The position numbers were made by a program, and so were the translations under genes. A DNA stretch of 64,000 bases from Candidatus Delongbacteria bacterium (GTDB lineage: Bacteria; CAIWAD01), in assembly GCA_963663545.1 (NCBI GenBank), contig OY760505.1, positions 1,376,001 to 1,440,000 of the forward strand. The letters are read 5' to 3'. Position 1 is the first letter of the stretch; the number at the start of each line of letters is the position of its first letter. The notes below the pieces were generated by a model. It saw only the letters and a list, made by a program, of their open reading frames with translations, searched no databases and was not told the DNA's origin. Shown piece after piece: positions 28,673 through 38,923 of this stretch.

Positions 28673-31330
28673 TCAGAAGGAATAGCCAAGCTCGGACCAG
28701 ATTCGCCAGCGCGGTGTTCGCGGGTCCAACTCGTGCTGAGTCAGCACGGCCACTCCCAGGCTAAGCTCACCGACAATAGAACCGATACTCAGGCTTGAAG
28801 AAAACTCCTGTGATACATCGCTCACACGCATGAAGGGACTCGAATTGTGTGCCAGGCCAAGCAGCGTATAGTGGCCACTAAGGTACAAACCGCCCATTTC
28901 GGTATCGAAAACTCTTGGTCGGTACTCCAGCCCTAGACCCGCAGCCTGCCTTCCATTGATTTGATTGGGCCTAAGACTGCGCAGCCAGGTATCGCCTCCA
29001 AACTCAAAACGCTCGCTGGGCAGCTGGCTGTCACCGATACCGTAGAACAGCGTTGAGTGAAACGTGTGCCGCTTCCACAACGTACGCCAGCTATCAAAGT
29101 GAAGTCCTGCGCGATAGAAGGGCGGCAAATCATCCTCATTCGGAAAAGCGCTGATATACTCAACGATGTGATACTCACCGTTGCAGGTCAGCTGAGCTGT
29201 ATCACGGCTATCGACAACACTCTGCAGTCGAAAGCGTCCGAACTCAAAGCGATCTTCGTTGTCATTCAGGATCTCATCGCGCACTTCAACAGATGTGGCA
29301 AAGTACACCGTCCCCAGCCGTGCAATCTGTTGTCCCAGACTGAACTCGGCGTTCCAATGCCTGCGATCAACCATGTGCCCGTCTATTCCGTACATCATGA
29401 TGAAACGTTGGCGTTGCTGCTCCAACGTCAAACGCGCGGTAAGCAGTGTTCGCCAAATGCGGTCCATTTCCAGACGCACACGGTAGTGTTGCTCACGTAG
29501 TCCGATGGCAGTAAAGAGCTCGGTACGCAGCATGGCAGGGCTGACACCTTCCCACAGCAGTTCGCTGAAAGCTTTACCGTACCAGACGCTGCTATAACGG
29601 AGCCCTGCGCGTAACACGGGAAACTCTCGCGCCCTGGCGCGGAGCTCGACAATGTTCTTTCCCTCTTCGCGCAATAGGCGGTAGTACACCTGGTAATACA
29701 AATCTGAGCCGAAGAGACGCCGGACGGAACGATCCGCCAAGCTTTGCTGAAACACCTCACCACGGCGCGGACGGAACTCCTGGCGCATGTTGCGTCGAAT
29801 CGTGGGGCTATCGCAGGAAAGGCGAACCTCGTGCACAATACCCGGCCGGAACTGTAACACGGCGCAGGTTCCCTCCAACCAGGCACTGTCCAGATCCGCA
29901 AAGCTGCAGCCCTGCGACCGAAGTTCAATCAACAGGCTATCGCTGAATTCCCGCAACTTTGATGTATCACACAGGCGCGCCGGAATAAGCGGCTTGCGCA
30001 AATCGGTTCGCGGAAAAATGGCCTCAAGCCCACGCAAATCGATTTCGGTAATCAATGGCTGGTGTTTGTAGCTGCACTGTAACACGCGCAAACTGTCCTG
30101 CTGAACCAGGTCCAAATCAACGCGCTGAAGACGACCGTCGTGACGGGCCTTGTTCAGCCAAACCTCCAGATCCCGACGACAGGCAACTCCATCACAGCCA
30201 CGAAGAAAGGCTACTAGGTCTTCGCCTGCACAATGTACGGGTGGTGATACATGAACGTCGCGACGCAGTTGCAAATCATCCCACCGCAGGCTGTCCATGG
30301 ACTGTTCGTCGGCAAACGCAAGCAACTCCTGCAGTCCCGGTAAAGCCTGTTGCATTGCCAGGCGGCCTTCTTCAACCATGCGGGGACGCTGATCAAGATC
30401 ATCCAGCAACACATGGCCAAGTGCAGGCCGTATGACAACATCCGCCTGACTAAGACTGCGTTGATTGTATTCGCGCTGCATAATCGTGACCACCTGGTCG
30501 GCCACTTCCCAAGCCTGCTGTAACTCATCCCGCTTGCGCAATGGGCTGGTGGCATCTACCACAAGCACTACGTCTGCGCCAAGGTCTCGGGCAACCTGCA
30601 CCGGGATGTTGCTGGTAATGCCGCCATCAATCAGCAACAGACTATCGCGTTGCACGGGTTGAAACAAGATGGGTACGGATGAAGAGGCGAGTAGCGCTTC
30701 GGCCAGATCACCGTCTGCCAGTACAACGGGGCGTCCGTGCACCAGATCCGTAGCGACAGCTCGGAAAGGAACTCGAAGCTCGTCGAAATCGCCAAAGGCC
30801 TGCTGTGGTGCACGCCCCACCATGGCAGCGAGTACTTCACTGAGCTTCTGGCCGCTGGTAAGACTGCTGCGAATAACGGGTCGGGTTCCATTGAAGCGAA
30901 TTTGCGCGAGATGGCGATCTGAAATTTCTTTGCGGCCGGTGTACATCAAGCGACGATCTGGTGTATCACGCAGCAAATCGCTCCAGTCGAGATTCCCAAC
31001 CAGACTGTCTATCTCGGCAGGCGAGTAGCCAGCGGCGTACAGGCCCCCAACCAGCGCCCCCATTGACGTCCCGACAACGCAGTGGAGAGTGATGCCAGCT
31101 TCTTCGAGGACGTGTAACACACCAATTTGTGCCAGCCCACGGCTACCACCGCCGCTCAAGACCAAACCAATATGAGGACCTGAGTTGTCAGCGTCAGACG
31201 GACCTTCACTCAGACAAGAATGCAGGCTAGAGCTCTGCCAGTGCCAGGAATACAGGCCCTGTACATCACGAGCCAGTAGACTGTGACACACCACGAGAAA
31301 CAGAAGCAGGTTTCGCAACAGGGAAAGCAC
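28673..31330 (-). CDS. Patatin-like phospholipase fused to POTRA-like and beta-barrel regions (PlpD/type Vd-like)
   Basis: Signal peptide, GGGSRG, GTSMG and DGG, then amphipathic beta-strands ending SELGYSF. Confidence 0.85.
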   Translation of the reverse strand: MLSLLRNLLLFLVVCHSLLARDVQGLYSWHWQSSSLHSCLSEGPSDADNSGPHIGLVLSGGGSRGLAQIGVLHVLEEAGITLHCVVGTSMGALVGGLYAAGYSPAEIDSLVGNLDWSDLLRDTPDRRLMYTGRKEISDRHLAQIRFNGTRPVIRSSLTSGQKLSEVLAAMVGRAPQQAFGDFDELRVPFRAVATDLVHGRPVVLADGDLAEALLASSSVPILFQPVQRDSLLLIDGGITSNIPVQVARDLGADVVLVVDATSPLRKRDELQQAWEVADQVVTIMQREYNQRSLSQADVVIRPALGHVLLDDLDQRPRMVEEGRLAMQQALPGLQELLAFADEQSMDSLRWDDLQLRRDVHVSPPVHCAGEDLVAFLRGCDGVACRRDLEVWLNKARHDGRLQRVDLDLVQQDSLRVLQCSYKHQPLITEIDLRGLEAIFPRTDLRKPLIPARLCDTSKLREFSDSLLIELRSQGCSFADLDSAWLEGTCAVLQFRPGIVHEVRLSCDSPTIRRNMRQEFRPRRGEVFQQSLADRSVRRLFGSDLYYQVYYRLLREEGKNIVELRARAREFPVLRAGLRYSSVWYGKAFSELLWEGVSPAMLRTELFTAIGLREQHYRVRLEMDRIWRTLLTARLTLEQQRQRFIMMYGIDGHMVDRRHWNAEFSLGQQIARLGTVYFATSVEVRDEILNDNEDRFEFGRFRLQSVVDSRDTAQLTCNGEYHIVEYISAFPNEDDLPPFYRAGLHFDSWRTLWKRHTFHSTLFYGIGDSQLPSERFEFGGDTWLRSLRPNQINGRQAAGLGLEYRPRVFDTEMGGLYLSGHYTLLGLAHNSSPFMRVSDVSQEFSSSLSIGSIVGELSLGVAVLTQHELDPRTPRWRIWSELGYSF

Positions 31331-31424
31331 GACTCACCGCAGAGGTTACCAGAGTTCAAAACAAGTACCAGCGTGAGTTCAGCTTATGTTATTCCCCTTG
31401 TACGGACAAGCGACGTCCAGTGCA

Positions 31425-31460
31425 CAAAAACACCGCCACAGCATCACACCGGGCGGTATT
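31425..31460 (-). terminator. Probable terminator after the lamin-tail gene
   Basis: Minus strand reads ACCGCC...GGCGGT followed by GTTTTT. Confidence 0.5.
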
Positions 31461-31483
31461 GAAGAGTGACTGGTGCCACGAGC

Positions 31484-32329
31484 TCATTTCAGCAGTGTGA
31501 TACGTGTGACGCTCCTCCGGCCGGATCCTTCCAGCGCCAACAGATAGGAGGCCGCAGGCTGAACTCCCAGATCGATGCTCCGCTCATAGACACCTGCCGA
31601 AAGGCCCTCCTCATGCAGGACGGCCAGACGATGTCCCAGGATGTCGTACAGCACCAAACGTGCTTCTCCGGGCTCGTCCACGCTGAAACGTACCGTGCAG
31701 GACGGATTGAAAGGATTTGGCCAGACACCATCCAGGCCAAAGCTCTCGCTCCTTGTCCGGGGTTCAGCCAAAGCCGTACCTGCATTTCCCGCCTGCGGAT
31801 TCAACTCAGGACTCCACGCCTCCGGAGAATGCCCTTCCCCGGTACGGACTAGGCTTTGACCACTTTCCACATCCGGAGCATAAGCGCCCTCCGGCCAAAG
31901 ACCAAGCTCCACCGCCTGGCTTTCCCAGCTGTGCCCGGGTTGTCCGTACTCCATGTAATCGACAAGGAAGTCGACCTGCTGCTGATCACTGCTCCACAGG
32001 CCGATGAACCCATGCGTGTTCCCCATGTTGTCACCATCAAACCACAACTCATAGCCCTGCGGTGCCTGCGCGGTCTCCACGTTCGTATGTATCACAAGGA
32101 GCTCACCCGCCGGCAACGTAAGCGCAGGCAGCACTAGGTTCGGCCCGGACAAGTCAACCAACCACCCCTCCAGGGAGACGGCTTCACTGCCAGCGTTCCT
32201 CAATTCAACCCATTCTGCACCAGTGTCGCTTCCTTCCGGATCGTAGAAGACTTCGTGTATCACGACTTGAGCCATCAACACTTTGCTGGCCAGTACCAGA
32301 GTCAACAGACTCACCCAAATTCTGTTCAT
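31484..32329 (-). CDS. Secreted lamin-tail-domain protein with C-terminal secretion-type Ig domain
   Basis: Signal peptide, VVIHEVFYDP.G.D...EWVELRN and C-terminal WPNPFNPS...LYDILG...ITLLK. Confidence 0.85.
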   Translation of the reverse strand: MNRIWVSLLTLVLASKVLMAQVVIHEVFYDPEGSDTGAEWVELRNAGSEAVSLEGWLVDLSGPNLVLPALTLPAGELLVIHTNVETAQAPQGYELWFDGDNMGNTHGFIGLWSSDQQQVDFLVDYMEYGQPGHSWESQAVELGLWPEGAYAPDVESGQSLVRTGEGHSPEAWSPELNPQAGNAGTALAEPRTRSESFGLDGVWPNPFNPSCTVRFSVDEPGEARLVLYDILGHRLAVLHEEGLSAGVYERSIDLGVQPAASYLLALEGSGRRSVTRITLLK

Positions 32330-32352
32330 CGTATTCTCCTGTTTGTGTTTTC

Positions 32353-32550
32353 GGGCGGCCCGCCGGCCGCCCAGTTCCCATTCCGCTGTCCCGCCAACCG
32401 GGTCAGGGTGGATGCCGCCACGCTTGATCCATGTTTCCTCCTATTGACAGGACGACGGGTTCATAAGTGGGTGCCGACGAAATCTCACCGGCACCCGGGC
32501 CGCTCTACCGAACAGCTCCAACCTCGAAGACAGACAGGGCAAGCGGAATG
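32353..32550 (-). ncRNA. Candidate structured RNA (leader or 6S-like) between the lamin-tail gene and rpsD
   Basis: Closing stem CATTCCGCT/AGCGGAATG (32379-32387 with 32542-32550). Internal hairpins GGGTGCCGGTGA-GATT-TCGTCGGCACCC and GCTGTTC-GGTA-GAGCGGC need G-U pairs that form only on the minus strand. Additional hairpin at 32353-32372. Family not identified. Confidence 0.4.
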
Positions 32551-32807
32551 CCAGTATCTTGAGCCAGGAAACAAGCGCTTTGCTGCTGTATCACGCACCC
32601 AGGCCTCCATCTTTCCAGAGTGCTGGAATCGCCAGCCGGAGAGCCTTCGGCCGGCTCCCTGTAATGGAAGCAGTTCTTGCATTTTTGCCCGCTGTTCTAT
32701 AGAGTTGTTGTTCGCTCTGCGCGAGGTGCGCAGAGAACTGTATAGAACCGGGTAGCTCTCCGACGCTAGGTCGGAGCTCCAATGTTCTAAGCATTCGGAG
32801 GAGCGAG

Positions 32808-33428
32808 ATGTCTCGTTACCGTGGTCCCAAGGACCGCCTTTCCAGGCGTTTCGGCATCAATTTGTACGGTGCCAAGCGCAACCCCAATGACCGCAAGGGT
32901 TATCGCCCCGGTCAGCACGGCCAGAACCGTCGCACCAAGCAATCGGATTACGGTGTGCACCTAGCCGAGAAGCAGAAGATCCGTGCCTACTACGGCATGA
33001 TTGCTGAGAAGCAGTTCCGCCACACCTTCGAGCGTGCCCAGCGCATGCGTGCCGGTGTGACCGGTGAGGTCTTCGTCGGCCTGCTGGAAACCCGTCTGGA
33101 TTCCATGTGCATGCGCATGAACTTCGCCCCGACCATCTGGGCCGCCCGCCAGATCGTCAACCATGGCCACATCATGGTCAACGGCAAGCGCGTCAACATT
33201 CCCAGCTATCAGGTCAGCCCCGGTGACGTGGTCAGCGTGCGCGAGCGCAGCCGCAAGATCCCGATGGTGCTCCATCAGTTCTTCGGCAGCAAGATTGTCC
33301 CGCCGCCCTACATCGAGCTGGATTCGGACAATTTCACCGGCAAGCTGCTGCACTTCCCCGAGCGCCACGAGGTGCCGTTCCCGGGCGAGTTCAACGAGCA
33401 GCTGGTGGTCGAGTACTATTCCCGCTAA
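32808..33428 (+). CDS. rpsD: 30S ribosomal protein S4
   Basis: MSRYRGPK..LSRR, PGQHG, SDYG..L.EKQK, LETRLD, ARQIVNHGHI.VNG.RVNIPSY and EQLVVEYYSR; RBS GGAGG. Confidence 0.98.
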   Translation: MSRYRGPKDRLSRRFGINLYGAKRNPNDRKGYRPGQHGQNRRTKQSDYGVHLAEKQKIRAYYGMIAEKQFRHTFERAQRMRAGVTGEVFVGLLETRLDSMCMRMNFAPTIWAARQIVNHGHIMVNGKRVNIPSYQVSPGDVVSVRERSRKIPMVLHQFFGSKIVPPPYIELDSDNFTGKLLHFPERHEVPFPGEFNEQLVVEYYSR

Positions 33429-33453
33429 AGCGATTCAAAGCATTTGCTTGCTC

Positions 33454-33482
33454 AAGGGCATCCCGCAGGATGCCCTTTTTTT
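33454..33482 (+). terminator. Rho-independent terminator of rpsD
   Basis: AAGGGCATCC-CGCA-GGATGCCCTT followed by a T-run. Confidence 0.9.
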
Positions 33483-33591
33483 GCGGATAAAACGGGGAAA
33501 TCCCAGTAGCACTAGCGACAGCATCAACATCCTGCTTAAAAAAGCCGAAGGTGTAGTAACCATGCTATGAACCAAGAGGCCGGAGTCCTCC

Positions 33592-35901
33592 ATGCAACTA
33601 AACTTACGCCAACGCCTGCTGGTGCCGATTCTGTTACTGCTTCTTCTGGGAATCGGCGCAGTATCGTGGATCGCAATTCGCAACACCGAAGGCATTGTCG
33701 AGCGCTTGGATACCGGAACCTCGACGAACCTATTGGCGGCTTCTCGAAGCACAATTGCCTCCTGGCAGGAGGATCGGCTGCGCGACATGGCCGCGTGGAC
33801 CACTTTTGATGCATTGCAGCGAATGGTGCTTTCCAACTCTGAAGCTGATGATGTTGCCCTCGCCAACCAGCTTTTAACCGATCTAAAGGGTGAAAGCCGC
33901 CATTTCAGCGGCCTGCGGCTTGCCGGTCCCGAGGGTTCTGTTATTGCGAGCTCGACGGCATCGAACGTAGGCAACCTGAATGTCAGCGATCGCGATTACT
34001 TCCAGCACGCCATTGCAGGCGAGCGTTTCTTTTCCAAGGTGCTTGTCAGCAAAACGACGGGAAAGCCCATTTTGGTGGCCGCTGTTCCACTGATGCGAGG
34101 CGATGAGATTCATGCAGTGCTCTACGGCGTGCTGAATCTGGACGTGGTCTCGCGAACCGTGATTGAGGGGACGCGCCTGAGCGCCAGCAACTTCGGCATG
34201 TTGGTCAACGGCGAGGGCACGGTGCTGGCGCACCCGGACACTTCGCTGATTTTCAAGCCAGCGTTGAAAGACAATGCCGCACTAAAGCTAATGGTAGAGC
34301 ACGGCGAGGGAAGTCTTGAACTGCAGATGGGCGCAGGACTGTATCAAGCGCGCTATCTGATGCTGCCGGATTTGGGCTGTCTGCTCCTGCAGGTCAGCGA
34401 AACAGCCACATTGATGCAACCGGTGAACCACTTGAAGTGGACTAGTTTGATTGTCGGTCTGATCACCACCGTTGCCATGGTGCTGCTTGTCCTGCTTGTA
34501 CTCCAGGTGCTGCTCTTTCACCCCCTCAAAGACATGCAGGGTGTGCTAGCCAGCTTGATTTATGATATCGAGGAAGGCTACCTGAGACGGACGGCGGATC
34601 CAGCGAAGGTGATTCCCGAATTACGTCCGGTTCTGGGCGACGTCAACGCCCTGGCCGGAACGCTGGTGGGCGCCATCGACAATCTTCCTTTGATTGCAAT
34701 GACCGTAGGTAGTGATTTCAAAGTCCGCTACCTCAACCGTGTCGGCGCGAAAATGGTCGGACTCGACCACACCCGCGTGGAAGGCGGTCAGTGCTACGAT
34801 GGACTGAAGACCAGCATCTGCGGCACCAAAGACTGTGTGTGCACGCGTGCTACCACGGAGAACAAACCCGTGACACGCAAGACCACCGCTGAGACGCCCA
34901 TCGGGCACCGCTGTCTTAGCGCAAAGGGCATCCCATTGAAGAACGCACAGGGGCGAACAGTTGGTGCCTGGGATATCGCATTGGATGAAACCGATGTGAT
35001 ACACAGCCAGCGGCTGGTGGAACTGCAGACCGGCTACCAGCAAAAGGAAGTCGAATCTCTCTCGCAGGTGATGCAAGAGATTGCTGATGGCAACATGCGT
35101 GTGCAGTACAGCATATCGCCAACAGATGAAAACACGCGCCAAGTGGGTGAGGCTTTCAGTGCGCTTAGTGATGCGGTCAATCGCAGCGTCAATTCCCTGA
35201 CTCAAGTACTGCAGCAGATCAAGGGAAACTCGGGCACATTGGCCAGCTCTTCAGAGGAACTCACTGCCACTTCAACAACGATGGACCACAACCTGGACTG
35301 GCTGAACAAGGCCGTGGGCGAGCTCACGCGAGCTTTCGAGGGAATAGCCGAACGTGCCCAGGAAGGACGGGAGATTTCTAGCGAAGCCATCGAGCTTTCC
35401 AGCACGGCCACCCAAACCGTGCAGCAACTGGGCGCCGCCGCCACCGAGATCGATCAGGTCACGGAGATGATCAAGCGCATCGCCCAGCAGACGAATATGC
35501 TGGCGCTAAATGCAACCATTGAGGCCGCTTCCGCAGGAGTTGCGGGCAAAGGCTTTGCTGTCGTAGCAGAAGAAATCAAAGCGCTGGCGCATCAGAGCGC
35601 AACGGCTGCCGAGGACATTGCCAGTCGCATTGAAGATGTGCAGAAGAATTCACGCGCCGCTGTAGAAGCCATCGCCGCCATGGGTCAGATTGTCTACAGT
35701 GTGACACAGGCCGTTGAAGCGATCGCGCAGGCCGTGCAGGAGCAAACGGTGGCGCAACATGGACAGCAGGCCAAAGTGGAACGCGTGCACGAAATCGTCA
35801 ATGAGGCCGTTTCAGGATCTCAGCAGGTCAACGAAGCAGCCCTGGATTTGGCGCGTATTGCCGGAGAATTGGACAGTACCACTAGTCGCTTTCTGTTCTA
35901 A
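33592..35901 (+). CDS. Methyl-accepting chemotaxis protein (TM-dCache-TM, Cys-rich PAS, signalling domain)
   Basis: VSDRDYF..A..G and SKTTGKP (Cache), PAS, and [30 protein letters not shown]. Confidence 0.93.
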   Translation: MQLNLRQRLLVPILLLLLLGIGAVSWIAIRNTEGIVERLDTGTSTNLLAASRSTIASWQEDRLRDMAAWTTFDALQRMVLSNSEADDVALANQLLTDLKGESRHFSGLRLAGPEGSVIASSTASNVGNLNVSDRDYFQHAIAGERFFSKVLVSKTTGKPILVAAVPLMRGDEIHAVLYGVLNLDVVSRTVIEGTRLSASNFGMLVNGEGTVLAHPDTSLIFKPALKDNAALKLMVEHGEGSLELQMGAGLYQARYLMLPDLGCLLLQVSETATLMQPVNHLKWTSLIVGLITTVAMVLLVLLVLQVLLFHPLKDMQGVLASLIYDIEEGYLRRTADPAKVIPELRPVLGDVNALAGTLVGAIDNLPLIAMTVGSDFKVRYLNRVGAKMVGLDHTRVEGGQCYDGLKTSICGTKDCVCTRATTENKPVTRKTTAETPIGHRCLSAKGIPLKNAQGRTVGAWDIALDETDVIHSQRLVELQTGYQQKEVESLSQVMQEIADGNMRVQYSISPTDENTRQVGEAFSALSDAVNRSVNSLTQVLQQIKGNSGTLASSSEELTATSTTMDHNLDWLNKAVGELTRAFEGIAERAQEGREISSEAIELSSTATQTVQQLGAAATEIDQVTEMIKRIAQQTNMLALNATIEAASAGVAGKGFAVVAEEIKALAHQSATAAEDIASRIEDVQKNSRAAVEAIAAMGQIVYSVTQAVEAIAQAVQEQTVAQHGQQAKVERVHEIVNEAVSGSQQVNEAALDLARIAGELDSTTSRFLF

Positions 35902-36061
35902 CAAGAACAGCATTAGTATTCATATGAGGGTAGTTTCAAAGCTGCCCTTTTCAATTTCTCGGACAAACACAACTTTTCCTTAAAGTCCTCAACCATCTTT
36001 ACCGATGCTCCTTGCGTTGCGGTATTTCTGAACCACGGATTCTGTGACAAGCGAGGTAAAG

Positions 36062-37603
36062 ATGTCCCTGCGAGTTCAACTTCTCTTGCCCGCGCTGCTC
36101 TGCTGGATCGCCTCGGCGATTCTTGCGGATCTGTTCCCCGGTACTGTGATCCTCATCGGAATGTCCATTGGAGTGCTGTTCGTCCTTGGCGGATGGCTCT
36201 ACCTTGGGCGCTCTGTGACAGCTCCCCTCCAACAGATGGAAGCTGAAGTCGAGCGCATCACCCGTGAAGCGCATTTGGGCAACCTGCGGGCCAGGCCCTC
36301 CCTGGTGGGTCTGCATGGTGAATACACACAAATTCTATCGGCAGTCGAAAAGCTGCAGAGCTTGCTGCTGAACAACATCGATAACTTTCCCGTGGTGGCA
36401 ATGAATGTCGATCGCGACCACACCATTCGCTTCATCAACCGTGTCGGCGCCAACATGCTGGGACTGAAGCACGAGGAGATGGAGGGACGCAAATGCTACG
36501 ACATGCTGAAGACGGATCAGTGCAAAACGGGCAACTGCGTCTGCCGCCGCGCGATGGACGAGGACCGGCCCATACTGGGGCAGTGTCGCTCACAAACGCC
36601 GAAAGGCGAGCGACGCTTGAGCGCCAAGGGTATTCCGCTGAAGAATGAACACGGCGACATTGTCGGCGCCATCAGTCTGGCCATGGATCAGACCGATGTG
36701 TTACAATCGCAGGAGCGCATGCAATCGGTGGCCGCCTACCAGCAGCAGGAAGTCGACGAGCTCTCTCGCACGCTGGAAGCTGTGGCACAGGGTAACATGC
36801 GCTCGCGCTATCGTTCCACCAAGGCGCAGGAAGGTGCGGAGGATGTGGCAGAAAACTTCGGCGCCATTTCCCTATCGCTGAACCATAGCCTGGATTCGCT
36901 GAGCACAGTGTTGAACCAGATCGTCGACAATTCAGCTACCCTGGCAGGCGCAGCCGAAGAGCTCACCGCGACTTCCGGATCGATGGGCCAGAACATGAAC
37001 TGGCTTGGCGGCACCGTGGAGCAACTCACGGGCTCCTTTCATGAAATCGTGCACTGTGCCGAGACCGGCGAAGAAGTATCACAGCAGGCTATTGGACTGA
37101 CCAACAGCGCTGGAAACTCCATTGAGCGGCTGGAACACGCCGCCGAGCAAATCGATCAGGTGACGACGATGATCAAGCGCATCGCCCAGCAGACCAACAT
37201 GCTGGCACTGAATGCAACGATCGAAGCCGCCTCCGCCGGATCGGCCGGTAAGGGCTTTGCAGTGGTGGCGGGAGAAATCAAGAACCTGGCGCGGCAGAGC
37301 GCCGAAGCCGCCGAAGTCATCGCCCAGCAAATCGATGAGGTTCAGGGTAGCGCGCGCGAAGTGATCATGGTCATCAGCTCCGTCGTGGATACGATCCACA
37401 ATATCAGCGACAGTGTCACCACCATCAGCCGGGCTGCGCACACGCAAACACGCAGTACCGATGGATCACGCAGCAACCTGGAGCGTCTGAACGAAATCGC
37501 ACAGGATGCCGCCACCGGTAGTCGGCAGGTAATGAGTGCGGCAGAGGATCTCAGCCGAATTGCCAATGCACTAGACGGGGCGAGTCACCGTTTCTCTGTG
37601 TAA
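36062..37603 (+). CDS. Methyl-accepting chemotaxis protein (paralog without the periplasmic Cache domain)
   Basis: Two adjacent TMs, the same Cys-rich PAS and [17 protein letters not shown]; collinear with the C-terminal two-thirds of the upstream MCP. Confidence 0.92.
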   Translation: MSLRVQLLLPALLCWIASAILADLFPGTVILIGMSIGVLFVLGGWLYLGRSVTAPLQQMEAEVERITREAHLGNLRARPSLVGLHGEYTQILSAVEKLQSLLLNNIDNFPVVAMNVDRDHTIRFINRVGANMLGLKHEEMEGRKCYDMLKTDQCKTGNCVCRRAMDEDRPILGQCRSQTPKGERRLSAKGIPLKNEHGDIVGAISLAMDQTDVLQSQERMQSVAAYQQQEVDELSRTLEAVAQGNMRSRYRSTKAQEGAEDVAENFGAISLSLNHSLDSLSTVLNQIVDNSATLAGAAEELTATSGSMGQNMNWLGGTVEQLTGSFHEIVHCAETGEEVSQQAIGLTNSAGNSIERLEHAAEQIDQVTTMIKRIAQQTNMLALNATIEAASAGSAGKGFAVVAGEIKNLARQSAEAAEVIAQQIDEVQGSAREVIMVISSVVDTIHNISDSVTTISRAAHTQTRSTDGSRSNLERLNEIAQDAATGSRQVMSAAEDLSRIANALDGASHRFSV

Positions 37604-37791
37604 CACGAAAATGCCCTACTCCGATGTGCGAGGGGCCGGCCAAGGGGGTCGGCTCTTCGTCTCTCTGCCAGGACTTCCTACCTCGAGGGGCGGCCTCTGA
37701 GCATGGAGTCCCGCTGCCAATATCTACATTTACTCCGCAATTCAGATTGCGTGCACACATCGTGTGATACGCGTGATACAGGGAGTGATTC

Positions 37792-38844
37792 ATGATCTAT
37801 CAAGTCGGGCCTTACCCGCCTCCACTGGGAGGAATATCGGTTCACTTGAGTCGGCTGAAGGATCACATGGATCACCGGGGAATTCCTAATGCGTGCCTCA
37901 ATACGTTTCGCACATTCAGCTTGAAGCGAAGGATCTTTCCTACGCGCATGATGTGGTTAGAACCGCTTATGGGTATCCTTGGCAGCGGTAGTATCATGCA
38001 CTATCAGGTGGGCGGTTACGAGAATCGCTTAAGTATTGCCAGCATCGCGGCCAAACAGAAAGACAAGACTCACATCCTGACCTTCCATGGTGATACACTT
38101 CGTTTCCTGAGGGAATACAAGGAGCTGGCAGAGGAGGCGCTGCGCTCCTTTGATGCTCTCATCTGTGTCAAACCGGGCGACGCGGAAGCCTTACACGCCA
38201 TGGGATTTGATGACCGGGTCCGCTACATCACGCCCTTCATTCCACCTGCTGACTCTGAACTGGCGATTGCCTCCGCTGATACACGACAGTTTGTATCACA
38301 GCACAAACATATCCTTTGTGCCAACGCCAGTGCCATCTGCAGCTACAAGGGCGAAGATCTTTATGGCCTGGATCTTTGCCTGGATCTGATGCAGCGTCTC
38401 GTGGAACAGCGGCGGGATCTAGGGCTGGTGTTCTACTATTCGAGTGTGAGCGACAAGGAGATCCTTGCATCACAACTGCACCGACTGAAGACTCCGGAGC
38501 TTGCAGGTCATTGCCACATCGTTTTTTCTCGCGATCCACTGTATCCCGTGATACGTGAAAGCAGCCTCTTTCTTCGTCCGACAAACACGGATGGTGAGCC
38601 GCTTTCCATTCGCGAAGCCCTGCATTTTGGCGTGCCCGTACTGGCCAGTGATGTAGTACGACGTCCGGAAGGCTGCGTGCTCTTTCGTAATCGCGATACC
38701 GAGGACCTTTGCCTCAAAACGCTGGAGCTACTGGATTCTCTTGAGGCAAACAAAGCCCGTGTACGTGCGCTGCCCTCGCAATCCGGCCTGGAAGAACTGC
38801 TGGAGCTCTATGCCGACCTTGCAGACAGAGATAGCAACCAGTGA
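37792..38844 (+). CDS. Glycosyltransferase family 4
   Basis: GPYPPPLGGISVH, TFHG, DLYGLD and FLRPTNTDGEPLSIREA. Confidence 0.88.
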   Translation: MIYQVGPYPPPLGGISVHLSRLKDHMDHRGIPNACLNTFRTFSLKRRIFPTRMMWLEPLMGILGSGSIMHYQVGGYENRLSIASIAAKQKDKTHILTFHGDTLRFLREYKELAEEALRSFDALICVKPGDAEALHAMGFDDRVRYITPFIPPADSELAIASADTRQFVSQHKHILCANASAICSYKGEDLYGLDLCLDLMQRLVEQRRDLGLVFYYSSVSDKEILASQLHRLKTPELAGHCHIVFSRDPLYPVIRESSLFLRPTNTDGEPLSIREALHFGVPVLASDVVRRPEGCVLFRNRDTEDLCLKTLELLDSLEANKARVRALPSQSGLEELLELYADLADRDSNQ

Positions 38845-38923
38845 CGCGAGCTCCCAGCTACTGAAAACTCGCAAGCGTATCACAGATCCAAGAACGCCGC
38901 CGTCGACCGGTCCCTCTTCGCAG

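Noticed and set aside
32380..32575. Cobalamin riboswitch (CTGTCCCGCCAAC and GAGCCAGGAAAC on the + strand)
   Set aside because: The GGGAA and GGTG..AATCC core is missing, the orientation would point at rpsD, and the G-U pairs favour the minus strand.
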